A stretch of 64,000 nt of DNA from Octopus sinensis (GCF_006345805.1 NC_043026.1:8308001-8372000); one strand, 5' to 3'. Positions 37,461 through 49,821 are shown, numbered from the stretch's first letter. The notes: generated by a model not told the origin, from the letters alone. Made by a program: numbers and translations.

Positions 37461-37699
37461 GGGCCAGGTGAGGCTGGCAAACGGCCACGTTTGGATGGTG
37501 CGTTTTACTTGCCACTGGCACGGGGACCAGGTGATGATGGCAACGGCCACGATCGGATGGTGCTTTTTATGTGCCAGGCGAGGCTGGCAAACGGCCACGG
37601 TCAGATGGTGCTTTTTACGTGCCACTGGCACGGGGGCCAGATGGTGCTGGCAACGGCCACGATCGGATGGTGTTGGCATTTAAAAAGGACATCCTTGTA

Positions 37700-37990
37700 G
37701 AAGTTTTCTATGTAAAACTGTGCCGGTCACTTACTGTGGAGGGAACCTGTAGAAAAAGGAGACCCAAGAAGACATGGGATGAGGCGGTGAAGCATGATCT
37801 TCAAATAATGGGCCTCACAGGGGCGATGACGATTGAGACCTTTGGCAATTTTCTTTTCTGTGCTTGAGAATGCATGTCAAGCCAAATGAAATCGTAGTCA
37901 AAGCCAGTGCCGGTGACATTCGAAGGGCACCTGTACCGGTGACACGTGAAGGGCACCCATGCCAGTGACACATGAAGGGCACCTATGCCT
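37700..37990 (+). mobile_element. RTE LINE ORF end plus 3' UTR carrying the 26-bp repeat unit
   Basis: VEGTCRKRRPKKTWDEAVKHDL followed by three units of gccggtgacattcgaagggcacc; a similar ORF remnant lies at about 40300-40450. Confidence 0.65.
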
Positions 37991-38334
37991 CCATGAGGCC
38001 CAATGCTCAAAGGGTGCTTTTTACGTTCCACCAGCATTGGCCACGATGCTGCCGTGATAGAGAGAGGGAGGATGAAGGGAGTAGAGAGAGGTGTAAAATG
38101 AGAGGGGGAGGCTACAGTGAAAGAGAGGAAGTAGAGAGACATATAGAATGTGAGAGAGGAAAAGTAGAGAGAAAGAGGGTAAAGAGAAAAGAACATTCAG
38201 AAGGGGAGAAAGACGGAGGAGGAGGAAAGGAGAAACATAAAAGAATGACGTAAGAGTGACAGTTGGAGGGAGACTAGTGCGATGTAGGATGAGAGAGAGA
38301 GAGAGGAAGTAGAGAGTGACTATAGAGATCAAGT

Positions 38335-38367
<33 letters not shown>

Positions 38368-40644
38368 AAACCGTAAAGAGAAAGGATCTGGTTTAATTTC
38401 TTCCAACCACTTAAAATATTTCAAATTTTATTTTGTTTTTTTCAAGTCACATCCTTGTAGAAGTTTTCTATGATGATGCAACTTTCTCTATGGGGGGAAA
38501 AAAACAAAAATAATGAATGTGATTTTTATATACCAGCACCATCCGATCGTGGCCGTTGCCAGCCTCGCCTGGCCCCTGTGCCGGTGGCACGTAAAAAGCA
38601 CCCTCCGATCGTGGCCGTTGCCAGCCTCGCCTGGCCTCCTTGCCGGTGGCACATAAAAAGCACCATCCGACCGTGGCCAGCCTCGCCTGGCCCCAGTGCC
38701 GGTGGCACATAAAAAGCACGATCCAATTGTGGCCGTTGCCAGCCTCGTCTGGCCTCCGTGCCAGTGGCACATAAAAAGCACCATCCGATCATGGCCGTTG
38801 CCAGCCTCGCCTGGCCTCCTTGCCGGTGGCACATAAAAAGCATCATCCGACCGTGGCCGTTGCCAGCCTCGCCTGGCCTCCGTGCCAGTGGCACATAAAA
38901 AGCACCATCCGATCATGGCCGTTGCCAGCCTCGCCTGGCCTCCTTGCCGGTGGCACATAAAAAGCACCATCCGACCGTGGTCATTTGCCTGCCTCGCCTG
39001 GCCTCCGTGCCGGTGGCACATAAAAAGCACCATCCGATCGTGGCCGTTGCCAGCCTCGTGTGGCACATAAAAAGCACCATCCACGTGGCCGTTGCCAGCC
39101 TCGCCTGGCCTCCGTGCCGGTGGCACATAAAAAGTACCCACTACACTCACGGAGTGGTTGGCGTTAGGAAGGGCATCCACCTGTAGAAATACTGCCAGAT
39201 CAGGCTGGAGCCTTGTGCAGCCTCCTGGCTTCCCAGACCCCAGTTGAACCATCCAACCCATGCTAGCATGGAAAGCGGACGCTAAATGATGATGATGAAA
39301 CACGATCATCAACTTCTATATTTATAAAAATGTTGATGGGCAACAGATTTTTTAAAAAGTGGGGCACCAGAAGAAAAGGTTGGGAAACACTGAGCTGGAG
39401 TGAGTGCCACCCAGGGTGGCCTTTCCGTTTGCCACCCCCCCGACCCCACAAAAAAAAACATTAGTTACAACACCCAAAGTGCCCCTTTAAAAGTGTCACC
39501 TGGGGCAGACTGTCCCTACCGCCACCCTCTTAACTACGCTAGTGGAGAGTAGAGACTACAGTTGAAATATGGTAAGAAAACATGGTTTTAGCAATGTTAT
39601 CAAGCTTACTGACTAACCACCAAACTTGACCTGTTCTAGCACTGATATTCTATATACTGCTGGCAGAGAAATGAGTAACTGCTATCTCTAGCAGTTGAGT
39701 GTCCATCACTGAGAAGGCCAAGAAAGGTTGAAACCACCTGGGCTGGTGGTAGCAGGGATTTTGCACCTAAAGACAATATAAGAGTGTCTCTCAGGGTAAC
39801 TACCACAGTAAAGTTTGTCCCAACATCATCATCATCATTTAATGTCCGTTTTCCGTGCTAGCACAGGTTGGACGGTTCGACCGGGGTCTGGGAAGCCAGG
39901 AGGCGGCACCAGGCTCCAGTCTGATGTGGCAGCGTTTCTACAGCTGGATGCCCTTCCTAATGCCAACCACTCCGTGAGTGTAGTGGGTGCTTTTTATGTG
40001 CCACAGGCACAGGTGCCAGGGGAGTCTGGCAGCAGCCACGATCGGTTGGTGCTTTTTACGTGCCACAGGCACAGGTGCCAGGGGAGTCTGGCAGCAGCCA
40101 CGATCGGTTGGTGCTTTCTACGTGCCACTGGCACAGAAGCCAGTCAAGGCGGCGCTGGCATCGGCCACGTTCGGATGGTGCTTTTTACGTGCCACCGGCA
40201 CAGGTATCACAACTACTATTTCCATTGATATTTATTTCGATGTCCATGTGATGCAAATTTGAAACTGACCGCTCCTTAAAGAAGTGCCCATCTCTGCTAT
40301 CGCTCACATGTTCCATGACGGAAAACGTGGAGGTGGGGGACCAAGAAAACATGGGACGAAGTACTGAAGAACAACGCTAAACCTTTCAGGCAAGATGACA
40401 AAGGACCAAAATGCCTAGCGCTTTGCTGTACTGAAAAAGACCTGTACTCCACAGCAGAAATGTTAAAACTGGTCCCTTCAAGACTTAATACACTTAGTAC
40501 ACTCATTAAGTGATTGGTATTAGGAAGGGCATCCAGCTGTAGAAACCACGTCAAATAAGACTGAAATTTGGAGCAGCTCCCTGATTTTCCAGTTCTGGTC
40601 AAATCGGCCATGTCAGCACGGACAACGGACTTTAAATTATGATG

Positions 40645-40678
<34 letters not shown>

Positions 40679-41975
40679 CGCAGGAGTGGCTGTGTGGTAA
40701 GTAGCTTGCTAACCAACCACATGGTTCCAGGTTCAGTCCCAGTGTGTGGCATCTTGGGGCAAGTGTCTTCTGCTATAGCCCCGGCCAACCCAATGCCTTG
40801 TGAGTGGATTGGTAGACGGAAACTGAAAGAAGCTGTCGTAATATGTATTATATATATATATATAATTATATGTGAGTGTATAGTTGTGTGTCTGTGTTTG
40901 TCCCCCTAGCATTGCTTGACATCCCTGTGTGTTTGCATCCCTGTCAATTAGCGGTTCGGCAAAAGAGACCGATAGAATAAGTACTGGACTTACAAAGAAT
41001 AAGCCCCGGGGTCGATTTGCTCAACTAAAGGCGGTGCTCCAGCATGGCCGCAGTCAAATGACTGAAACAAGTAAAAGAGTAAAAGAGATATATATGTATA
41101 TATACATATATATAACGGGTTTCTTGCAGTTTCCGTCTACCAAATCCACTCACAAGGCTTTGGTTGGTCCGAGGCTACAGTAGAAGACACTTGCCCAAGG
41201 TGTCTCGCGGTGGGACTGAACCCAGAACCGTGTGGGTGGGAAGGTATGTAAAAGATAATATATTTTAATAGCATACTTCCTGTCAATAAATGAGTTTTTT
41301 CTTACACACACACACACACTTGCTTGGTGCAGGGATGGAGTAAGAATTTAAATTATAAAAAGTGTATTTTGCTTAAATCTCAGCAATGGACCCCCGTTGG
41401 GCGCATCATCATTCCATTAAATGTGTTTATGGGGAGAAATGTATTGAAAAATATCAATACATGTCTAAAGTGACAAAGAAACGAGGAAGGTATCAGGTAG
41501 GCGTGGGATGCGCTAAAACTCCTTTTAATCACATACCTTTTCGTCTGGAAATTATAAACATAAATATGTTGCAGATTCGGGCTATCCATATTTTAAAACT
41601 ATGATTTCGAGAGCGGAAATTTTAGAATTTGCGGAAGGGGAGGGGTTAATTTCTTTTTTTAATTATGCGTAGAAGGCAAGGAAAATTCTCAGAAATTTTG
41701 TGGAAATTCCCCAACATGAAAAAAATTTATGAGGGGTTATACAAGATGCTTAAACCACAATTCTGCTTTTAATTTTTTTTTTATAAGGAACTTATTTTTC
41801 AAATCCTATTTCGTCTGTTTGGCTAACCAAACGTGTGTGGCTGTATTGAACAGAGGCGCTTTGAATCTTAGAAGAATAACAAGGAATTTCAATCAAACTG
41901 TTTTGATCCCTACATGTAACTCCCAATAAATGTGTTGAATGACCCTTCTTTTGTCTATCCACAAAGGAAAAGATC

Positions 41976-42007
<32 letters not shown>

Positions 42008-42411
42008 CTCTTTACTCCTTGTTTCAGTCATTTGACTGTGGCCATGCTGAAGCACCGCCTTTAGTCGAGCAAATCGACCTCAGGACTTATTCTTTGTAAG
42101 CCTAGTACTTATTCTATCGGTCTCTTTTGCCGAACCGCTATTTAACGGGGACGTAAACACACCAGCATCGGTTGTGAAGCGATGTTGGGGGAACAAACAC
42201 ATACACATATGACGGGCTTCTTTCAGTTTCCGCCTACCAAATCCACTCACAAGGCTTTGGTCGGCCCGAGGCTATAGTAGAAGACACTTGCGCAAGGTGC
42301 CACGCAGTGGGACTGAACCCGGAACCATGTGGTTGGTAAGCAAGCTCCTTACCACACAGCCACTCCTATCCCTATCTGCCCTTGTAAATCCCTCTATTCC
42401 GTTTTCTATAC

Positions 42412-42448
<37 letters not shown>

Positions 42449-42704
42449 CATACATATGTAGAGAGTAAGATTACATGAATGAAGGAGGCTGGATATACAA
42501 CGATAAGAGCAGAAGATGTTCCAATAAAATGATGCATAGAAATATTCACAGGTGTGTATATACCTATGATTTAAAAAAAAAAAAACTAAGTAAAAGATCT
42601 TGAAACAGCTTATATCGAGGAAAAAGACAAAAAATAAAAGAGGGCAGCAAGCCGCTACAGGAATCGAACCCTGTCCCTCCAGATTTGCAGCATCTGGTAA
42701 AGAT

Positions 42705-43470
42705 TAAGGGTGGGGGGGAGAGGATGGGATAGAGAAGGAGGGCGAAAAGCGAGAGAGGGAAGAAGATGGCGAGAGAGAGGAGGAGGAGCAAATAAAGCAA
42801 GAGAGAGGGTAAGAAAGGAGCAAGAGAGGAAGACGACATAAGAGAGAGAGAGAGAGAGAGAGGAAGAGGGGGAGCGAGAGGACGAGGGAAGAGAGGGAGG
42901 GAGGAGGAATAGCGACTGAGAGGAGGAATATAAAGCCAAGAGAGGGGAGGCAAGAAGGCGCAAGAGAGGAAGACGCGATATCAAAGAGACGAGAGAGAGA
43001 GAAGAGGAGGAGGAGGATAAAATAAAGAAAGAGACGGGGAGGAAGGAAAGAGCAAAACAGGAAGACGATATGAGACGAGAGAGAGAGAGGAGGAGGAGAA
43101 ATAAAGCCAGAGAGGGGCAAGAAAGGAAAGAGCAAGGAAGGGGGAGGAAATAAGGAGCAAGAGAGAAAGACGATATAAACGAGAGAGAGAGAAAGAGGAG
43201 GAGTAATAAAGCAAGAGAGGGGTAGGAAAGGAGCAAGAGAGAAAGACGATATAAGAGAGAAAGAGGAGGAGAAAGGAGAAATAAAGCAAGAGAGGTAGGA
43301 AAGGAGAAGAGAGGAGGAAGACGATATAAGAGAAGACGAGAGAGAGAGAGAGAGGAGGAGAAATAAGCAAGGAGCAAGGGAAGGAAAGAAGAGGCAGAGA
43401 GGAAGACGAGAGAGAGAGAGGAGGAGAAATAAAGCAAGAGAGGAGGAGAGAGAGGAGAGAGAAAAAAAAC
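42705..43470. repeat. Polypurine (GA-rich) low-complexity tract
   Basis: Plus strand almost entirely A/G; produces spurious Leu/Ser/Pro ORFs on the minus strand. Confidence 0.9.
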
Positions 43471-44182
43471 CTTCAACGAAAACATTTTAAACTTATGATT
43501 TTTGCGAATTCTACATTCACACGGAAAAAGTTGGTTTAGCGAAATCCATTGAAATACCCTCGTGAGAAAAAACATATACACGGTATGTGCCATATACCAT
43601 ATATCTGCGTGTATGTGCCATATAATATATATACATATACATATATATATAAAAATATGTAGCCTATATTGCGCATATATTTGCGCGTATATATAGCATG
43701 AGTGACAGATTTCTACCATCTATATAATATATATATATTTTATATATACATGTATGTATGTAATATATTATATATATACGTATATATACACGAGGTGTGA
43801 ATGAGAGAAAGGGAGAGATGTGTAGGAGATATATAAACAAGAAATCAATTAACATACGTGTGTATATATTACTAAGCTAATTATAGTGAGTTAAATTAAT
43901 AGAGGACGAATGTATCTACACACGCGTGGTGTATAGGATAGAAAGTTTACATTAAGTATGTATACACACACACACAGCGAGATATTACATTACGGATGTA
44001 TACATGCTCGTCTTTGTTCGTGATGTGTACATATATATATATATAGATACACATACAGACACATAAGATATCACACGCATACATATAGATAACACACGCA
44101 GACATATATATACACACACAGACATATATATCACACACACATACAAGACAGATACACACACATACATAACATAGACACATAC

Positions 44183-44282
44183 NNNNNNNNNNNNNNNNNN
44201 NNNNNNNNNNNNNNNNNNNNNNNNNNNNNNNNNNNNNNNNNNNNNNNNNNNNNNNNNNNNNNNNNNNNNNNNNNNNNNNNNN
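44183..44282. other. Assembly gap (100 N)
   Basis: Run of exactly 100 N, flanked by microsatellite-rich sequence. Confidence 0.99.
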
Positions 44283-44349
44283 GTGGAAATTCAAATGAAA
44301 ATTGGGTTCATCAAGTCATTGTATAAAAATAGACATGTGTGTGTATGTG

Positions 44350-44398
<49 letters not shown>

Positions 44399-44431
44399 AT
44401 ATATGTGAGTGTGTATATATATATATATATA

Positions 44432-44462
<31 letters not shown>

Positions 44463-44523
44463 GTGTGGTGTATATATATTATATAATATGTATGTATATA
44501 TATATATATTTATATATACTGTA

Positions 44524-44555
<32 letters not shown>

Positions 44556-44689
44556 CAACACACATACTGTATGTATATATATACATATATATATATGTGT
44601 GTGTATATTCATATATACATATATATGTATATATATACAGTGGAGAGAGAGAGAGAGAGAGAGAGAAAGTGAGAGAGAAGCAATTAAAA

Positions 44690-45060
44690 TAATCATTGCT
44701 GTCATCAACAGTATTCATCATTATTATCACCACCATCAGCATCATCATCAACCACTGTCGACATCATTGTCACTACACCCCCCTCCTCCACCATCATCAC
44801 TGTCATCACCATCCTCATCGTCGTCAGTGTCATAAACATCGTCAGTGTCCGCCTTCCTCTCATCATCATTGGCTTCGTCATTTTCATCATCACCATCACC
44901 ATCAAATCTTCATCATCCTCATCAGTCAACAGCATCACCCGCCCCCCACCGCCGCTACCCCCTTAACATTATCACCATCACAACCATCATCATCACCAAC
45001 GTTGCCACTTCCCTTTCATTGCATCCACCACCCCATCCCCACCCTGAGTAGCACCACCAA
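44690..45060. repeat. (CAT/CAC)n degenerate microsatellite
   Basis: Direct inspection. Confidence 0.9.
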
Positions 45061-45121
45061 CACACCCCTGCATTCTGCCTCTAGCACCATCACGCCCATG
45101 CAAAGAACACAGAAGACTTAC

Positions 45122-45259
45122 CGTAACAATAGGGGTATCCATAATACCCGGGTACACATCTCTCGCACTGGGACCCCGTATAGTTGGGTTTACAGATACA
45201 CCGTCCTGTCTGGCTCTCACAAATGGCCTCTGTACAGCCGATCACATCACAGTTACACA
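45122..45259 (-). CDS. LAMA5: Laminin alpha exon, LE6 (LCNCDVIGCTEAICESQTGRCICKPNYTGSQCERCVPGYYGYPYCY); last exon found before the gap
   Basis: Acceptor ctctgtttcag, donor gtaagt, 138 nt, phase 1 to 1. Hand-translated LE repeat. Confidence 0.92.
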
Positions 45260-45697
45260 CTGAAACAGAGATAGGTAGGTATATGTATGTGTGTGTGTAT
45301 ATATATATATATATATGTGTGTATATATATATATATATATTATATAGAGGGCACTATTACACATTAATGCCACACGCTAGGAGGGACTTTCAAAGTCAAT
45401 ACTACCAAATATAAACGAATCGTACCGAATGCAGTTCTCAAAGCAAGACATTTAGAAAAAGAATTTAGTTCCAGATCACTTGTGATTTCGCAATTAACGT
45501 ATTATCTACGTCTTTTGTTCATCAGTGAAACATATTCAAAACTATTCATAAATAAACAAAACCAACCTACCAGGCGGAACCAAACAGACAACCGTTGAGT
45601 CCATCGTAGCACGTGGAAATGTTAATTCATCATATATTTATGTAAATGGCTGGCTTTTTCAAAATGCATTTCGGAAAGAAGCGTGTTTCATCGGAAC

Positions 45698-45742
<45 letters not shown>

Positions 45743-46094
45743 AAAAATATATATAAAAATACAAAATGGGACAAGAACGCAAAACATTCAAATAGACGAC
45801 ACAAAAAAAACGGACGGGGTCATTCGAAGCCTCTAATCTTCAGTCAAAGACCGGATCATCCTCGCAATTTCGGCTGATTAATCTTGAGATCGCTCCGATC
45901 CGGCCAGCCCCAAGGAAAAACTAAGCTACGTGCATTAGATTTCTTGGAAAAAGGATCGAATGTATACGAAACAGGGACAGAAAAACAGACGATGCCACAC
46001 GAATATAAAATACAAAAAACAATAATGGTAAAAACCGGACAAAAACAGTGGGTGTCTTACGACTTTAGACAGCTCAACTTAGCTTATATATATG

Positions 46095-46149
<55 letters not shown>

Positions 46150-46414
46150 GTATATATATGTGTGTATATATATATTTTTTTTATTTTTATTTTTTATCTA
46201 GTTTCAGCTCATGAGCTGTGGCCATGCTGGGGCACCGCCATTTGGTGTTGCTACATGATTTTACTTTACGAATGCTTTTTAGCAATTGCCATTTGGTGCA
46301 TGAGAGAGAAAAAGGAAGAGAGAAAGAAGGGAAGAGAGAAAGAGAAAAAGGAAGAGAGAAAAAAAGAAAGAGAAAAAGAAAGAGGGAAAGGGAGAAAGAA
46401 AAAAGGAGACTTAC

Positions 46415-46552
46415 ATGTACAAGTGGGGAATCCATGGTAACCAACGGCACAGGTGGAGCAGTTGAGCCCATTGAATCCTGGTTGACATCGGCACTGACCA
46501 GTGGTGACATCACAGTCTGGACCCTGGGACCCGATTCTACTGCAGTCACATT
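46415..46552 (-). CDS. LAMA5: Laminin alpha exon, LE5 (ECDCSRIGSQGPDCDVTTGQCRCQPGFNGLNCSTCAVGYHGFPTCT)
   Basis: Acceptor ccacaacag, donor gtaagt, 138 nt, phase 1 to 1. Eight-cysteine LE repeat. Confidence 0.92.
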
Positions 46553-46604
46553 CTGTTGTGGAGGGGAGAGTTGAAAGGAAGAGAGGGTGAGTGAGAGGAT
46601 GAGA

Positions 46605-46930
46605 ATGAGTGATGGTGGTGGCGATGATGTTGGTGATGATGATGATATTGATGATGATGGTGATGTTGTTGATGATGGTGATATTGATGATGATGGTAAT
46701 GATGATGAAGATGATGATGGTGATGATGATGATGATATTGATGATGATGGCGATGGCGATGATGATGATGATGATGGTGATATTGATGATGATGATGATG
46801 ATGATGGTGATGATGATGGTGATGATGTTGGTGATGGCAGTGGTGATGATGTTGGTGATGATGGTGGTGATGATGTTGGTGAAAATGGTGGTGGTGAGAT
46901 TGTTGATGGTGATGGTGGTGATGGTGGTCA
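46605..46930. repeat. (GAT/GGT)n microsatellite
   Basis: Direct inspection; gives spurious poly-Asp and poly-Met ORFs. Confidence 0.95.
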
Positions 46931-47429
46931 GTGAGTGAAGGAGCCTGGCTTTGTGGTCAGAGTATTCAGTTTACAATTGTATAGCCCTGAGTTCAATTCC
47001 TGGCTTTGCAGTGTGTCCTTGAGCAAGACACTTTATTCCACATTGCACCAGTCCACTCAGCTGGCAAAAATGAGTTGTACCGGTAATTCAAAGGGGCCAG
47101 CCCAGTCACATCCTGTGTCAGGCCGAATCTCCCTGAGAACTACGTCAGAGGTACACTTGTCTGTGGAGTACTCAGCCACTTGCATGTTAGTTTCATGAAC
47201 AGGCTGCTCCATTGACCGGATCAACTGGGACCCTCATCACCGTAACTGATGGAGTGGTCATTGACGGATTGATAGTAGAGGTGGGTGCTGGTAGGGGTAC
47301 GACGCTTATGAAGCATGGTGGAGATGGTGGTGGTAGGTAGTGGTGGTCAGAAATGGAGGTTGATGGAGATGATAATTTTGACATAAACATTGATAAAAAT
47401 TATGATAATCACAATATGTAAGACCTGTA

Positions 47430-48316
47430 CACGATATCTAGACTGGACAGAAATAGCAGTTAAATCGCCCTCAAATCACAGTTCACAATCTTATATATGT
47501 ATATGGATGAGCTAATAAATATGACCTCTACATGGTAGCTACACCAGGTAGAAATAGCAGCCAAATTTCCCTCAAATCACACCCCACTGTCTTATGTATG
47601 TATATGGATGAGCTAATAAATGTGACCTCTACATGGTAGCTAGACCTAGTAGAAACAGTAGCTGAATCTCCCTCAAATCATGCATGTTCTATGTATGTGA
47701 AAATGTATGTGTGAGCCAAGGGAAAATGACATCTAAATGGTAGCTACACCTGGTAGAAATAACAGCCAAATCTCCCTCAAGTCACACTGTCTTATGGATG
47801 TGTATGTATATGTATGAACCAATAAATGAGACCTGTACATGGTAGCTAGACCTAGTAGAAATAGTAGCCAAATCTCCCTCATATCAAACCTATTGTTTTA
47901 TATTTGTAAAAATTTATGTTTGAGCCAATGAGGGAAACCTCAACACTACTAGCTAGACCTAAAAGAAATAGCAGCCAAATCCCCCTCAAATCACTTCCTC
48001 CTTTCTTATCTATGTATGTGCTAATGAGGGAGACCTCTACATTGGTAGCTAGACCAGCTAGAAATAGCAACCAAATTTCCCTCAAATCACACCCTATTGT
48101 CTTATGTATGCCTGAATGTATGTTTGAGCCAATGAGAGACGCTTGTACATTGGTAGGTAGACCTGCTAGAAATAGCAACCAAATTTCCTTCAACTCCCAG
48201 CCTACTGTCTTATTTATGTATAAATGTATGAGTCAAAGAGGGAGACCTCTACATGGTTGCCAGGCCTGGTAGAAATAGCAGTTAAATCTCCCTCAAATCA
48301 CACTCTAATGTTTTAC

Positions 48317-48347
<31 letters not shown>

Positions 48348-48500
48348 TGATGTATGTATGTATGAAGGAAACTTTTATATGGTAGCTAGACTTGTTAAAA
48401 ATAGAAGCCAAATTTCCCTCAAATCATACGCTATTGTCTTTTGTATGTGTGTATGAATCAATGAGGCAGGCCTCTACACAAAAGCTAAACAGCAGTCAAC
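47430..48500. repeat. ~100-bp degenerate tandem repeat, about 10 units; also at 8940-9270, 58000-58080 and 58550-58620
   Basis: Recurring ACCTCTACATGGTAGCTAGAC...AGAAATAGCAGCCAAATCTCCCTCAAATCAC. Confidence 0.85.
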
Positions 48501-48652
48501 TCTCCCTCAAATTACATACACCCAACTGTCTTAGCTTACTTTCATTACAATATCTGAAAATTAACAGGTGTGTCCTCTAGAATGCATAAAATACTAATCA
48601 AAATTCAAACCAACTAGCCAACTGGCAAGTTAAACAGGTGGGTGAGACATAC

Positions 48653-49308
48653 AAGGCGGCGAGCTGGCAGAATCGTAAGCACCCCGGGCGAAATGCTTAG
48701 CGGTATTTCGTCTGCGTTATGTTGTGAGTTCAAATTCCACCAAGGTCGACTTTGCCTTTCATCCTTTCGGGGTCAATAAATTAAGTACCAGTTACGCACT
48801 GGGGTCGATGTAATCGACTTAATACCTATGTCTGTCCTTGTTTGTCCCCTCTGCAAAGAAATAGATGGGCTCGATGTAATTGACTTAATACCTATGTCTG
48901 TCCTTCTTTGTCCCCTCTGTGTTTAGCCCCTTGTGGGTAATAAAGAAATAGGAATTTCGTCTTTACGTTCTGAGTTCAAATTCCGCTGAGGTTGACTTTG
49001 CCTTTCATCCTTTCGGGGTCAATAAATTAAGTATCAGTTACGCACTGGGGTCGATGTAATCGACCTAATACCTATGTCTCTCTTTGTTTGTCCCCTCTGT
49101 GTTTAGCCCCTTGTGGGCAATAAAGAAATAGGAATTTCACCTTTACATTCTGAGTTCAAATTCCGCCGAGGTCGACTTTGCCTTTCATCCTTTCGGGTCG
49201 ATAAATTAAGTACCAGTTACGCACCGGGGTCGATGTAATCGACTTAATACCTATGTCTGTCCTTGTTTGTCCCCTCTGTGTTTAGCCCCTTGTGAGTAAT
49301 AAAGAAAT
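48653..49308 (+). mobile_element. tRNA-derived SINE family B (GGCGGCGAGCTGGCAGAATCG...AAAGAAATAGG), internally multimerised, with a 15-17 bp target-site duplication
   Basis: One head followed by several head-to-tail body repeats; AGGTGGGTGAGACATAC at 48636-48652 and 49309-49325. Other multimers at 4762-5352, 18650-19253 and 20374-20958. Confidence 0.88.
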
Positions 49309-49325
49309 AGGTGGGTGAGACATAC

Positions 49326-49501
49326 CTTTGCATTCTGGGAAGTTGTAGTATTGGGATCGGCAAGTGTCACACTTCCGCCCCATATAGTTGGACTTACAGG
49401 GGCACTGGCCCCCGCCGACGTCACATAAGCCTTCAGAGGTGCCATTGACATGGCAGTCACAGGGCATACATTCGGGGAAGTTGTGGTAGCCATTGTTACA
49501 C
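49326..49501 (-). CDS. LAMA5: Laminin alpha exon, end of LE3 plus LE4 (CNNGYHNFPECMPCDCHVNGTSEGLCDVGGGQCPCKSNYMGRKCDTCRSQYYNFPECK)
   Basis: Acceptor ctctcacccag, donor gtatgt, 176 nt, phase 2 to 1. Confidence 0.92.
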
Positions 49502-49821
49502 CTGGGTGAGAGAAAGAGAATAGGTGAGAGAGAGAGAGAGAGAATCTGTAAGAGAAATAACTATATAAGCATTTTTAGAGAGTTACTTCCCTTATATAAC
49601 CCGAGCAAAAATCAGTAAAAATGCGGAAAAATTATGGTAATTTTTTTTTAAATCGTAGACTCATCGTAGACGCGCGCTAATACTCAGACGGGCTTGATAT
49701 GAATCACGACTATAAGATACCTGCTTTTGGTTAAACTGTACCGCAAAATGTGGGAGTAGTTAAGAATCTAAACTGGAGGAGACAGAGAGTCTCACACACA
49801 CAACTTCAATTTTATATATAA

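Noticed and set aside
36316-37700. Longest ORFs in the track (455, 421 and 310 aa; Cys/His-rich)
   Set aside because: They are translations of the 26-bp minisatellite, open in several frames, with no domain content.
41702-41711. NF-kB consensus site as a stand-alone regulatory feature
   Set aside because: A single 10-mer match without a confirmed target gene; mentioned only as context for the unresolved gene.
43470-43572. Possible terminal laminin exon (phase-1 join giving ...YCYGYFNGFR*), which would make a netrin-like short protein
   Set aside because: It lies across an assembly gap of unknown size, has a modest acceptor and no LE cysteine pattern; most likely chance.
42564-44835. Leu/Ser-rich and Tyr/Ile-rich ORFs; similar ones at 46587-46938 and 62042-63997
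   Set aside because: They arise from polypurine tracts and microsatellites.
45790-45900. Minus-strand CTGAAGA followed by CGAA in a Penelope-like repeat; also the GTCGC/GCGAC-GAAA stem at about 28440-28465
   Set aside because: No convincing stem II/III and core geometry could be assembled.
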